A DNA stretch of 64,000 bases from Bugula neritina (lineage: Eukaryota > Animalia > Bryozoa), in contig OZ037772.1 of assembly GCA_964035545.1 (NCBI GenBank), positions 11,096,818-11,160,817 of the forward strand, in the 5' to 3' direction. Position numbers and translations under genes: made by a program. The first letter of the stretch is position 1. Each line of letters opens with the position of its first letter. The notes under the pieces were generated by a model. That model did not search any database, was not told the origin of the DNA, and worked only from the letters and a program-made list of their open reading frames with translations. Shown in pieces: positions 49,201 to 61,919 of the stretch.

Positions 49201-50660
49201 TTACTTTGATCTGATTATTTTCCAATGTAGTATTTTGCTGGTTCACCAGATGAGTGACTTCCTAGATTGTTGGTCAACTCTTCTGTTGCCCCACTTGTCC
49301 AGTGGTCCTCTGTTTTCTAGCCCACTTTTCTGCTGACTAAGTTTAATTTTTCAGCCATTTTGAGGAACTGCTTTATTGCTAGTCTACTTGTCTAGCTCTA
49401 TTCTGTTTCACCATCTCAATGGCAGCCTGACCCGTCTGCTAAGTATACTACCTACCTATCACTCTATTGTAACTATCCAGGTGTACCTCAGAATGACTGA
49501 CAGCAATTTGCAATCAGCACCATCTGTTCGACATAGGGAGCAGCTGTGGTCTAGGGTTTAGAGTGCTAACTTAGTAAACACAAAGCCGTGGCTTCAATTC
49601 CCAGTAAAGGCTATTGTTGATGTTAGGAAGAGCATCCAGTCATAAAAACTCCTGTGCCTCATTTAATTAAGTTTTTAGCTCATTTTAAAAAAAAGGCTTT
49701 CCATCAGGGGTCTTTCACAGGGATCGCGACTATAAACTTACATGACTTTTACAAGTTTTTGAACATCTTATTTCAGATCCCAAACCCTTTCCACTGCCCC
49801 ACGTCCTTGAAGTCATCATCGGGACACGAGTTCACTATTCAACTGCCCAATCAGGCGCAACACAAGTATAACTTTCAGAATTCTGAAGGACTTGCCTACG
49901 AGTGTGCTGCGGTGTCTGAGGCTATAAAGGCCGGTATGTGTCATCACTTGATAGTGTTTATTGTTTATTTTATTTGTATAGTTTTATTACTTTGCACAAC
50001 AATAATTCCTTTTGATAATATAGACGTATTTTGTAACATTGTTGAAATACAATCTAAACTAGCATGATATTATAACCTATGTAATATTTTAATTCATAGC
50101 TCTATACTCTAATCAGAATTTTATAATAAACAGAGAGTATATAGTGCATGTCATCACTAAATAGTGTTTGTTGTTTTATTTAAAAAGTTTGATTTTTTAA
50201 TGCAATATCTCTTTCTAATCTCAAAAGATAGTTGATGGAACTGTTAAAATATTATTTAAAAGAACATGAAATAAACTCGCATTTTATTTTAATTCATAAC
50301 TGTAGATTGTGGTCAACAGTTTATAACAAATGCAGATTCTTTATTGGTCTAGGAGTGAAAATATTTGGTTATTTTATATTTTTCCATGCACTAATTTAGT
50401 AATATTTTTCTGTAATACATAAGGTTAATTTTAAAAAAGCTGTGTATAAATATAGAAAAAATAATGAAATTAGGTTATGATGAGGTAATCATATGTTGTG
50501 TAGTTTGTATGAGGTAATTATATGTTGGGTAGTTTGTCTGATGGAATAGACCTAATTTGTGTACTTTGCAGGTAAACTGCAATGTGAAGAATACACTGCT
50601 GAAGACTGTCTCTATAACACCAGACTAGTTGAAGAGATCAATAGACAAATTGGAGTCTAG
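46299..50660 (+). CDS. DHDH: Trans-1,2-dihydrobenzene-1,2-diol dehydrogenase / D-xylose 1-dehydrogenase (Gfo/Idh/MocA family)
   Basis: Exons 46299-46400, 46564-46675, 47143-47306, 48163-48220, 48522-48716, 49017-49141, 49777-49933, 50572-50660. Motifs [78 protein letters not shown]. Confidence 0.93.
46725..47165 (+). repeat. Tandem array (~42-45 bp unit, about 10 copies) of the DHDH exon 3 acceptor and exon start
   Basis: Units like TATTGTAG ATGTAATGTACATAG GTAACACC..TAT; the last unit is the real acceptor TATTGTAG|AAGTGGTATATATTGGTAACACA. Confidence 0.85.
49537..49748 (+). mobile_element. SINE family A, full length, in DHDH intron 6
   Basis: GGAGCAGCTGTGGTCTAGGG..GATGTTAGGAAGAGCATCCAGTCATA..CAGGGATCGCGACTATAAACTT. 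Confidence 0.88.
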
Positions 50661-52648
50661 ACCTCAATGGTAAATGCACTGCAAAGTCAAGACTATAAAA
50701 AGCAATATCTGTTTCAGTCCCCTGGTATTCAATTACACAATAATTGTTCTGCTGTTCTATATTTTGAGTATATATAATATAATATAAAAGTTATATATTA
50801 TATAACTTTTATAACTTACTTTACTAGTCAGCATGGAGTTGTGTTTTCTATGCTTATTAAACTCTTGGTGGTAGTCTGAGTGATATGATCTGCACTCACA
50901 ATTGCAAAGACTATCTTTTAGATCAGAATCGTTGTCTTTTATGCCTTATAGCGGTTGTGTGGCTTTGATTCTTTCAGAAATTTAAATATAAAAGCAAGTT
51001 TTACTATCTTTGCTGTGGGAGGGAGAAAATTAAATTGTTGTTAATTGTAATTTTAACCTTCGAAGATTTAATTGACTATGTGACAGCGTAATTCATTGGT
51101 TAATAACCTATTAACTAACTAAGACATAGAAAAAAATGCAATCAAAGTTTGAAAGTTCACGCAAAAATATTAATAATTGGCTTTTCTCATTGAAACAGAC
51201 TATGTGATTGGCTGTTTTAATTGAAAGGCACTGTGTGATTGGCCATGTGATATGTTTGCTGTAGAGTATCCTTAATATATTAATTTTTCATGCTTTGCTA
51301 CTTTGCTTGGTTTACGAATCATAAAACCATTTATTAAAATGGTCTTTAAACATACTGGAGCTTCACAACTATCTTCTACTCTCTGTGATCTAACCCCACT
51401 AGTTGTGTTATGTAATAAGTGAAGTTAATTTGTTGTGGCGAGAACTAACTATTAATATAGCAAGTTCAGGAATACTTTTAGAGATCTTTTATTTTATTTT
51501 ATGCAATTAATGTTAGCCAATAAAATTCAAAATAGCAATACAAATTGGAAGACTGTTACAGTTTGCTAAAGACAAGATAATATCCCCTGTTACCTGGCGC
51601 AGGCATCACCTGTATTATCACAACATCATGGAAGGTTCAAAATAATTGTTTTTAGGGTGTTAGTGAGCTAGTACAATTGCTGTGTGGACAGCAAAAATTA
51701 GGGTGTAACGTCGATGAAAGCGTAGCTCAAGAAAATTGATAACAGTTAATTTTGAGCTGTAGTCGGCTAACAGCCTAGTGACAAAAAACTCAACTGTTTG
51801 ACATCAAATTTTTCATTAATAAATCCATTACCTAGACAATGCTAATTGTTTGACAATGACCTTGACTTGTAAACTTTTCCACTCGAAATATTTTCAAAAA
51901 GTCCAACTTTCAGCTCTCTGTGATGATACAGGTCAGATCTGTGCCAAGCATTCATTAAAAAAGGATTTATCAAAAATAACAGCAATTTCAGAGCCTAAAG
52001 AATGTTTTCATAAAGTGGTTCAAATTTCTTTACCGTATGACACATGCAATTACAATAGCAAACATTCAAACCAAAATTAAAAGTTAGAAACGTGATTGTC
52101 TCAATTTCTTTCAAAGTACAGATTGGAAAATTGTAAGTTGGGATACTCTCATGAAAGTGAGTCAAACACTTCATACTGATAGCATCAACATTTTACATTA
52201 AATGTCAAAACTAGCTGCATTTTGTCTACTTTAATGACTTGGTCAAAGTTAGGATCAAGTACTACATGTACTACTAAATTGTAATTCTGTAGAAATACAA
52301 AGTGATAAGTTTGAAAATTGAGTTGAAAATATAAAAAATTGAATAGTGAAAATGGAAGGTATTCTTGGCCAATGACTAGCTTTAAAACGCTTATATGTTT
52401 ACAGTCCGTGTAATCAGCAAATTATTCTGGTACATTGTGTACTGTACCAGATCAAGGTCGGATGGAGGGTCAGTATACTGTCTCCAGAATATCTGGTCCA
52501 CAACTTTGACAATTTTATAGTATATATGTACATACATTGTTGAGCAATAAAGATTAAGAAATAAATGGAGCCGCTATTATTTCGATTACGAGCTCAAGTA
52601 GAAAGCCAGACTAGAATTTAGTATCCCCGAATGGGGAGATCTACTGCG

Positions 52649-55383
52649 TTACGTTTCTCCTTCCTCGATCCACTCGGCCCCTGCTACGGTCTTCATGCCA
52701 GACGCAACTCCTTTCTGAACTCCAGTGTGCGCTTTTCCATTTGGTCCTCCGTTTTCTTCATTCTGACTTTTTTGTTTCTCTTCTACTAAAGAAGCTACCT
52801 GTACAAGTAAAACAGACCTGTGTAGTTATGGTACATTGCTGTGTTCACAACAATAGAGCTTTCATTTGACTGGCTCTGGCAGCAGAAAAATATTGTTTTG
52901 AAAAATATTAGCAAACAAAGAGTAATTTCTTAACTGCATTCTCCCAGTCACACATTCGTGATGTTATAAAGGCAGCAAAGCACAATCTCAGGCAGCTAGG
53001 TATCATTTTACTCAAATAAAAATGTCATTAGGTCTGCCCAGGTTTTATTACTCCAATAAAACACATTCTAAGTTTACACTATTTTCCATATATAATGTGA
53101 AATTATTGCATTTTGAAATTCTACATTGGAGTCACATTGAATGGTTTTCATCGTGGGTTGAAAATGTGGATTTCACAAGCCATGAGCAAGTATTAGACAA
53201 ATTCTAAAGTAGCCAAAGCTGTGCATGTACAGCTTTACATGTACATGTACTTCTATTTTTAGAAGTTCAAAGGTCAAGGCAAATAAAGGCTCTGTGGGCC
53301 AAGCCTTTGTGTTACAAAAATTATGTAGGTTGTAAGAAAATTTGCATTTACAGTAGGTCCAATAACTGAGAAATTTTAACAGTCTAAGTTGTTTTACTGT
53401 CTATGAATTTTTGTTTAAGGTTTCATTTTAAGATTTTCCCATTACTGTACCTAGCCTTCTTTTGTCGGACTTTGAAATGAAGTAATCGAAGGTTCTAAAC
53501 TATTTAGTGTAAAAGTCTAAACTTAGCCAGAATCTCTGCACTTAATAGAAAGGCTCACCCTGGATAGCTTCCGATTTCTCTGCATGGTCACTGCATAGCC
53601 CTGGTTCACCTTATCATCCAACATCCTGAAGAAGTCTATTTGTGATCCGGTGCTCTCTCTGTGTAAGTAAATGCAAAAGGTTAGTCATCCATGAGTCATG
53701 TGATCATGTAAATACAGAAGATAAGTCACCATAAAAAACTCACGGAAGTTTATAGTCACCATCCCTGTGAGAACCCCTGGTGGAAAGGATTTTGTTAAAC
53801 AGGGCTAAGGACTTATTTAACTGAGGCACAGGACCAATTATGACTGGATGCTCTTCCTAACATCACCAATGACCTTTGTCAGGGTTCGAACCCATGACTT
53901 TGTGTTTACTAGGCAAACGCTCTAACCCCTATACCACGGCTGCTCCATGTATATGAGTCATCAGATCATGGCCATGAGTCATTCGGTTAGTCTAAGTATA
54001 ATTTCTAGTTTTACATTGTCTTTTTCCTTATATACTAAAAGCTGACTTAACATTGATAATTAAAAGTTATTTAAACTAAGATAATGTATTGGGAAATACA
54101 AAGGAACTATTTATCCTAGCTATTATATTTATAATAGACTACTTTCTACATAATATAATATACAATCAATAAATAAAATTATATATATTGTACAGTGGGT
54201 TTAGAAACTTTCATTTGTGAAATAGTAGAATACCAGATTTAACTAAGTTCGGCGATTTTGTAAACACATACATAAGTCACAAAACAAGCAACCAAGCCCT
54301 TCCTGTGACCTATGAAATGTCGTAAGAAATGGAACCGTGAGATATGGAAGGAGCACTGTACATAAATAGTAGTAGTCCAAATAATATATCCCCTAAACTA
54401 ATTTTAACTACATTATTACTCCTAGAGCAGTTTGACTACACTGTAACTGTAACACATACATTGCAGAGCTGGCAAGCACTCCCCTTTCTCCTGGTTTACT
54501 ATTCTTTATTAAACTGTGTGTTACTGATGACTGGTTGCCGTTAGCAACAGCTTTTTCTACCGGAGGACTTTCCACTTCTGTAAAATAATAACTTGAGTTT
54601 TTATTTATATATAGTATGGCCAAAATTTATATGAAATTATGGTGAAAAATAGAACTGTAACTTTAATATGTGATAGGTAATTTATATTCATAGTTGAATT
54701 AACTAATGTAATTACAATTTATGAAATATTTTAATTTTTCCCTTCTTGCACACAAAATTTTAAAAATCAGTAATATTTCACTTTAATTTGTATTTCTAGA
54801 CAAAAAGTGCACCATTATGCTATGTTATATTACATCACACCAAATATTTAGGAAGATCTACCATGTTGTCTAATGTATTATGTTAGCTATTATCTTGTAT
54901 CACTGTATATTGTTATAGGTTCACACACATTACTCAGTTTTAGCCACTGATATTTAGAAATCACCTTAAAATATTCAAACTGATTTATAGTAAAAATTAT
55001 AAATGTGCATTTTGTTTTGCAAAACTTTCATTCCAGGTTTTAAAAGCTAGTTCTTTCACCTATATGTTAATGTAAACATTTATAATACAGTACGCATGTC
55101 CAGTTAGTGTATTTCATGCTATCTAACTTATGGTATTAATATAGGTACACAGTATACATCTATACAGTATCTTCACCTGCTTTAGTACATGTTATTTCAT
55201 GGAATTCGGTCTAGAAATGCTGATAACATGTTTAAACCAACACTTAGCACTAACTGACTCTAACCATAGATAGATACACCCGCACAAACATAATATACTA
55301 ATACATGTACTAATGATTATGTTGCACATACCAGGCTTTCTTGTGTTACTTTGTGATGTTTGAACACTGCTTCCACATCCCAT
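52649..55383 (-). CDS. C1orf21 / DUF4612-like small lipid-anchored protein
   Basis: Phase-consistent exons 55383-55332, 54577-54460, 53658-53559, 52798-52649. N-terminus MGCGSS (myristoylation/palmitoylation type) and SQIDFFRMLDDKVNQG, matching the recalled C1orf21 motif SQQEFFRMLDEKIEKG. Confidence 0.8.
53733..53946 (-). mobile_element. SINE family A, full length, best-preserved copy
   Basis: Minus strand GGAGCAGCCGTGGTATAGGGGTTAGAGCG (A box), GGGTTCGAACCC (B box), GTTAGGAAGAGCATCCAGTCATAATT, ending GACTATAAACTTCCGTGAGTTTTTT. Confidence 0.9.
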
Positions 55384-56132
55384 AACCTTCCCAATCCACA
55401 GTTAGTCGAAAGGAGAGCTTTATATCTTCTCAGTTGACAGATTGTACCTTTCAGATGTGAAATAACAGTAGAGTTAGTATAATTTTACTCTTTGTAGTCA
55501 CTTTTGGTAGTCATGCACCGTTTGCACTCACTGCTATTAGTCACTGTTTGTAGTCATATAGTCAGAGTAATGAGTTCAGAAGCTGAGACTATCTGAAGCT
55601 GAAGTAGTAGAGATCTGAGAGCACTATATAATCTAAACAGCTATCCTTATTGAAGTCACTGCACTATTCCTATGCAAACACAGCACTGCATGGGGTAAAC
55701 ACTGCAGCTAGACCAAAAGGCCATTCTAAAGTAAACTCAGACTTGAATATCAACTATTAGCATCTCAATATACCCACTTCACTTTAAATAATTATATTAT
55801 TCAAAGTCATACGGTTAGGTTATTGTGATAGCCGACTGAATGAGATATTTGAATAGCTCATTGATTTCAAATACAATACTTAAATACGTCACAACTTCAA
55901 AACATATAATATTCAAGTTCACCGACAATGCTGTATTTATGCATATAAATCTTTTAATTTCTCATATAGATTCTTCAAATGAATATTTCTATGGCAGAAT
56001 TTTGTGCTATTAGGAATATACAATAAGACCAACATGATTCTTTCTGTACAGTAGAAGCACCTTTTCTTATTTAAAACAATCTAAAAATTATAACAATCTC
56101 CAACATGGGCTAGAAGTAACATAATATAATAT

Positions 56133-56347
56133 AAAATCTCACTCAAGTTTATTGTCACTTATATCCATGTGAGAACCCTTGACGGAGAGGGCTTTTTTAA
56201 ATCGATCTAAAGACTTATTCATATGTGGTGCAATGACAATTATGACTGGATGCTCTTCCTAACATCACCAATGGCCTTTACTGGGGATCAAGCCCATGAC
56301 CTTGTGTTTACTAGGCCAGCAATCTAACCTCTAGGCCACAGCAGCTC
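56133..56347 (-). mobile_element. SINE family A, full length
   Basis: TATGACTGGATGCTCTTCCTAACATCACCAATGGCCTTTACTGGG..CTAACCTCTAGGCCACAGCAGCTC. Confidence 0.88.
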
Positions 56348-56811
56348 TAAAGTAACGTAATTTCATACATGTAAATAGGTGATACAATAGTAATTAAATT
56401 ATATGGTACAAACATACCTTTATTGTAGAAATTACTGCGAGCATACATGGATTATCTCCCTCCACTGCAGGGTAGTTTCACGAGTAGCTCCTCTACGAGT
56501 GGTTCCTCTACGAGTGGTAGCCATGAGATGCTGACAACTGTTAATCGATAAAAGATTTATTATATAGCTATCAGGAGTCGTCTAATGTCAACAAATTAAT
56601 CAATAATGCATTGCAAATGGAGGTCAAATATGTTTTACTTCTTAACTAATTGAATTATTTGCATCATTAAACTGCTTGTCTTTTTACAGTAAGAGAAACA
56701 TAAACATATAGCTGTGCATATAATACTGCAGAACATTTCTATTTGTTACTAGTACCTTGATTATATAATATATTGGCACTTTTAGGATTTAGCACAGCTT
56801 TATATATAGCT

Positions 56812-56908
56812 AATTTTAGTAATGTAAGTTTAGTACAGTTCAGAGTTTTTAGTAATGCAGGTTTAGTACAGATGAGAGTTTTTAGTTATAATGCAGGTTT
56901 AGTACAGC
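56812..56908. repeat. ~33-36 bp tandem repeat, 3 copies
   Basis: TTTTAGTAATG(C/T)A(G/A)GTTTAGTACAG repeated. Confidence 0.75.
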
Positions 56909-57034
56909 TGCTATACAGGCAGAGTAGAATGTTTCAGATATGTGAAGGTTATAGATCTATGAAATAGACCTGTTTAAGTTAACCTCATAATTATCGTTTT
57001 ACAGCTGACTAAAGACTTAGTTATTTGGCAAAAT

Positions 57035-57200
57035 TTATGTGGGTTTATAGTTGCCATTCCTTGTGAGAAATCCAGAGAAAAAAGACTTTTAAGCAGGCTA
57101 AGGATTTGCTTTCCATATTGTGGCTCTTCCTAGCATCACCAATGGCCTGTTACCTTGGAATTGAAGCCTGGTAAACTTGCTGGTGGACCACAGCTACTTC
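57035..57200 (-). mobile_element. SINE family A, diverged with an internal deletion
   Basis: GTTTATAGTTGCCATTCCTTGTGAGAA..GGCTAAGGA..GCTCTTCCTAGCATCACCAATGGCC. Confidence 0.65.
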
Positions 57201-57821
57201 TTAGGACCTAAGCTTAGATTATGTGACAGTAAATAATTCACTTTTGTTAATAAGTTCCTGATAGTCAAGTCTTAATGATAACTTTTTACTATATATTTGT
57301 GTCCATTTAGCAGATATTTAACGTTCTTTTAGTAATAACAGTTCAGCTAGTGGTCATTGGGAATTATTATACCATGCATATAAAAATAGAACATAATATA
57401 CATGTAGATAGTATGTCAGTTTACTTATTATAATATGCATGAGCAGTATAATGAGTATAACCATAATTGGGGCAGTCTAACTGCAAGTCTATCTGGACTG
57501 AAACCTAAAATTAGCTGCAAGTTATGATGTACCCTGTGAACTCCAACAAGGGAATTGTGTTAATATCTGTATGTAAATCTTGCTGAAGGAGTAAAACATG
57601 TCAGCATTATTGTTTATCTTGCTGCCTCAAGCATTTAGATAGGATGCAAACTAAAATACTGAAATGACTAATTATAAATTATAACTGACGGCTGTCAAAT
57701 CTTAAAGAAATAATCATTTATAATATGTTGAGTTCTTAGTCATATAATATGCGTTAACTTAGCTAAGTTAGTCCAAAGTTTTAAGAATACTTTTTATATT
57801 TTTTTAAAAAATTCATATTAG

Positions 57822-58012
57822 CCTAGGGGTTATGCAGCTGGCTTAGTAAACAGGTAGTCATTGGTTCGAGGCCAGAAAAAGGCCATTGGTGATATTAGAA
57901 AGAGCATTCAGTCATAATTGCTCCTGTGCCACATATGTATGAATAAGTCATTAACCCGCTTTAAAAGACCCTTTTCATCAAGGGTTCTCCCAGGGATAGT
58001 GACTATAAACCA
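57822..58012 (+). mobile_element. SINE family A
   Basis: GGTTCGAGGCC..GGCCATTGGTGATATTAGAAAGAGCATTCAGTCATAATTGCTCCTGTGCC..CAGGGATAGTGACTATAAAC. Confidence 0.85.
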
Positions 58013-59214
58013 ATATGTTGGTTTGCATGAGAGTATCTCTGTACATATTTCAGTCATGTGATTACTTTATGTTAAGTCATATAACCTGCATAGTTGTATC
58101 TTTTCATAATGCATACATTTATAATATTTGTTTAAATGTAAATGTATTTTATATTACAGATAATTATGTTTGTGTAGATAAAAGTGTTTTATACATTCTT
58201 ATCTTTGTTTGATATTTAGCTTATAAATGCTAATATATAAACTAGTTAAGTTACTAAACAATTAATGCATGTTTTTTGATATATATTAAATTATTGGTAT
58301 TTTAAAACTGCACATTAAAGTTATAGAAAGAAGTGTTGTTTCCATGGAAACCACACATTTAATTTCTCTTTTTAGTCCAATGTTGATTATTTCAAAACTT
58401 TGAGAAAGCCGGACTTACTTAGAAGTTGCCTGGTCCACAGAATATTCTGTGATATCGTGTTTATACTAATTGGATGGTTAATTGCGCAAATGACCATGTT
58501 CCTTGCCACTTCTGTTGAATAGAGATTTGTATGCATGGGAGAGGACAACTCCTTTTGCTTATCATTCTATACAACATGTCAAGTTGTGCATATGTTTAAA
58601 TGCATAGAGTTGCTCAGATTGGAAAAATTCCTTTATGAAGAAAGCAGCTAATAATGATTAAGAACTGATGCTGGCAGCATATTGTCAGAGCAGAGGTCTT
58701 CATTTAGCGTAACCATATTTATGTTAGAAACAGAGTTATACATGTTTTGAGTAGCACTTAACCTTATGATATAAACTGATTGCATGTATAGTCTAGACAT
58801 AAAATATTTATCGGAAAATGCACAAAGCAATTTGTTTTGAGTTTTGGCAACTAAAAATTGGAATTAGATCGTTTACACAGGAGACATCTTGACTAACACA
58901 TTGACTGCCATTGCGCAATGACAAAGAACTAAAAACAGACCACTAATTATTATAATTAAAATGTCATTTTATAGTGAAATGCGAACTATGTTAACAGCGT
59001 ATAAATGCATAGCCTACTAACTATAACTTATAGTATAAGATGTGTTATTAAACATAGAAAAAATATGTTAATTAAGTATAATTGCTATATGAAGTCCTTA
59101 TATTATATTAGATTCAGTGGTATATAGTTGAGAAAATTGATATAATATACACCGTGAATTCCACAATATAACAAAAATAACAACAATAATAGTAATATAA
59201 TGGTTAGATCTAAA

Positions 59215-59350
59215 TGAGAGCGTGCTCGTTTATTGTTGGGAGTTGTTACTACATGTTTTTGTGCTTCGTCGGCTATGGCGAGTTCGTTGTGCGGTTTTCT
59301 AGCGGATATGGTTAAACCTGGGTCACGTGACCAACATTCAGTTCTTGCGA
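59215..59350. promoter_or_regulatory. Probable promoter: CpG patch with a palindromic E-box
   Basis: Dense CpGs in AT-rich surroundings; GGTCACGTGACC at 59321-59332. Confidence 0.5.
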
Positions 59351-59419
59351 AGTTAAAATAATATAAATCTCAAACTAAAATATATTCTGGATATTCTTAC
59401 TAATTACTATTGAATTATA

Positions 59420-61000
59420 ACAAATTGATGATGCGTGCTCTAAATTTAGCTAATAATTCATCATCATTTTTTATCACTATAATTTGAATTCGAAGTTGAT
59501 GTAATGTTTCTAGTTACTATTTAATTTTATATTATTAATATTATTACTTAGAGTAAGAGTTAGTACTAGTAGTATTACTATTACTATTAGTATTAGTATT
59601 AGTATTACTTATTACTATTAGTATTACTTATTACTATTAGTTATTAGTATTCACGACACAGTATGATAATGATAGTGTAGCACTGTATGAGTATCATACC
59701 CGTGGCCATACTCAGTATGGCCATGGCCATGGGTATTCAATGCAATATGACTATGAGTCTGAGACTGAGCATGCCATTGAGTTTGAGTCTTTGACTCACT
59801 ATGATTAATTTTAAGTTTAACTTAAACTTGAACTTGAAGTTTACAAGTGTAACTAATACTAATAGTAATAGGTAATACTGATAATCAATACTAATACTAA
59901 TAGCAATAGTAATACTAATACTAATAGTAGCACTAATGACTTACAGTTATAACTCAATAAGAATAAGTATAACTAAAAAAATAAAATAAAACTTCAATTT
60001 TAATCAACGGTAACTGCCAACTTGCTTGCTCGTTGCCACTACTACTACTAGTCATAGTGCATTAGTGTAAGAATAATGGTTAATACGTCTACTAACAGTT
60101 AGTGAGTTAGTCAGTTATGGTTGGTGTTACTGGTCAGTAATTTATTATTTTTAAAGCAGGGTAAGTGTTGCACTTACTAACTTACAGTCACTCTTAGTCT
60201 TCCAGTTACTGAGTTAGAGTTAGACTTAATGTTCCTGTTAGTGTTACTCTTAATCCTAGGCTAAGCATTACAGTTACTCATACTGATACTGTTGCTGCTA
60301 ATGATTTCTGGTACTGTGAAACCAAGATTTGCCTTAGGGGCTTAGGATAAAGAATAATTTAAATTAAAGTTCAAACGGGTAACTCAAACTGTAAAGAGAA
60401 CAGTATCAGGATTAGTGTGATACTGATGGGGACAGTGAGTATCAGTATGGGTGACTGTAAGACTAAGCAGTAAGTGTAAGTCACTTTCAAAGTCTAACTG
60501 TAGCAGTAAAATGATCACTTAGAGTTTATCTCTACTGACTATAATTATAATACTAATTTCAATAGGTGTGTTGACAGTTGAACTTGAAGAAATGATAATC
60601 ATAATTATAATGTAAATCACTAAATCATAACAAAGTTGAACTCATCACATATAATTGATGTAATCACAATGACACTGACAGTCACCGTGACTGTCGCGAC
60701 AATCATAATAATTACATATACAAATATAAATATATTTTATTGTAAGTTTTAAAAATGTTTACTGTATTACTATCAGTATGACTATAACTTTTCAAGATTC
60801 CCGAGTATCATATCGAAGGTAATTATGAGTATAAGTATCACACTCCGTGTGAGTGCCAGTATGTTAGTCAACTATAATGCATCACTACAAGTGCGAGTTT
60901 AAAGTATTGGCACGAGGATACAATTTTGGACTCATAGGGATAATTATAATAATGGTGCAGTTTTAGTTTTATATAATCATAATGAAGTGCGGCACTCACT
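59420..61000. repeat. Long cryptic 6-bp-periodic 'walking hexamer' tract
   Basis: From 59747: atgact atgagt ctgaga ctgagc atgcca ttgagt ttgagt; later aagttt aactta aacttg aacttg aagttt, then aatact aatagt aatagg. Confidence 0.6.
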
Positions 61001-61919
61001 ACTGCCAGTGTCTGTAGAAATACATTATAGTTTTTAGTGGAATCTAATAAACAGTTATTATGATTATTGTTGTATAATAAAATCTATTACATATCCTATT
61101 GAACTAGTGACATTATTATCTTTAACCGATGCTTGCAATTTTTTAGTTAACATGAACAGAGCTTGCCATTGTACTGTACAATGTTTGTTATCATATTAAA
61201 TTTAGTTATGTATTTGGCTTAGTACTTGTGATTGCTCAACCTAAATTAGGCTAACAAAGTAACTATGTGTCATTCATTATTTAACATGTTTTAAGTTTAC
61301 GTATTCATGATCAAAGCGGAAAGTGGTATAAAAGTAACTGTAAGGGTAATGCCTAATCTGTTGATTAATAATTAATAATTATATTATTTATGTATTATAT
61401 TATTATTATGTTATTATTATATTTTTATGTATTCTTGTTAACAATACTAATCTTGCCAAGGTGTAATGAAAATTTTTGTTATTTTGCTTAAATTTAGCGT
61501 TTATTGCTGTAAATCACTAGGACCTAAAGTTAATTTAATCTTACTAATTGTTGCACAACTGCCTTTGACGGGGAGACATATCTTAGCCCATGCACCCAGT
61601 CATAGTGATTCAACGAAAAAACCATTTAGCCTGATCATATTTCCTGAATTACTAATTTAAATTTTTTTGTTGCATAAGCTGTTTTATATAGAGTAGAGTT
61701 CCATTTGTTATGACATGCAGTAGATTACCCCCACTGTGTGGCTATAAACAACGCTATTTAGCCCAAAACATGTTCAGTATTTGATTATTTTATAGTAACT
61801 GGAGTATATGATATCTCGGCCTGTAAAGTACCATTTAAACACCCTTCTTTTGTCATCAACTAAGTTCTCGATAAATACTTGGCGTGGTGGGGCTGGTATC
61901 TAAGCCCCACCGTACACAG

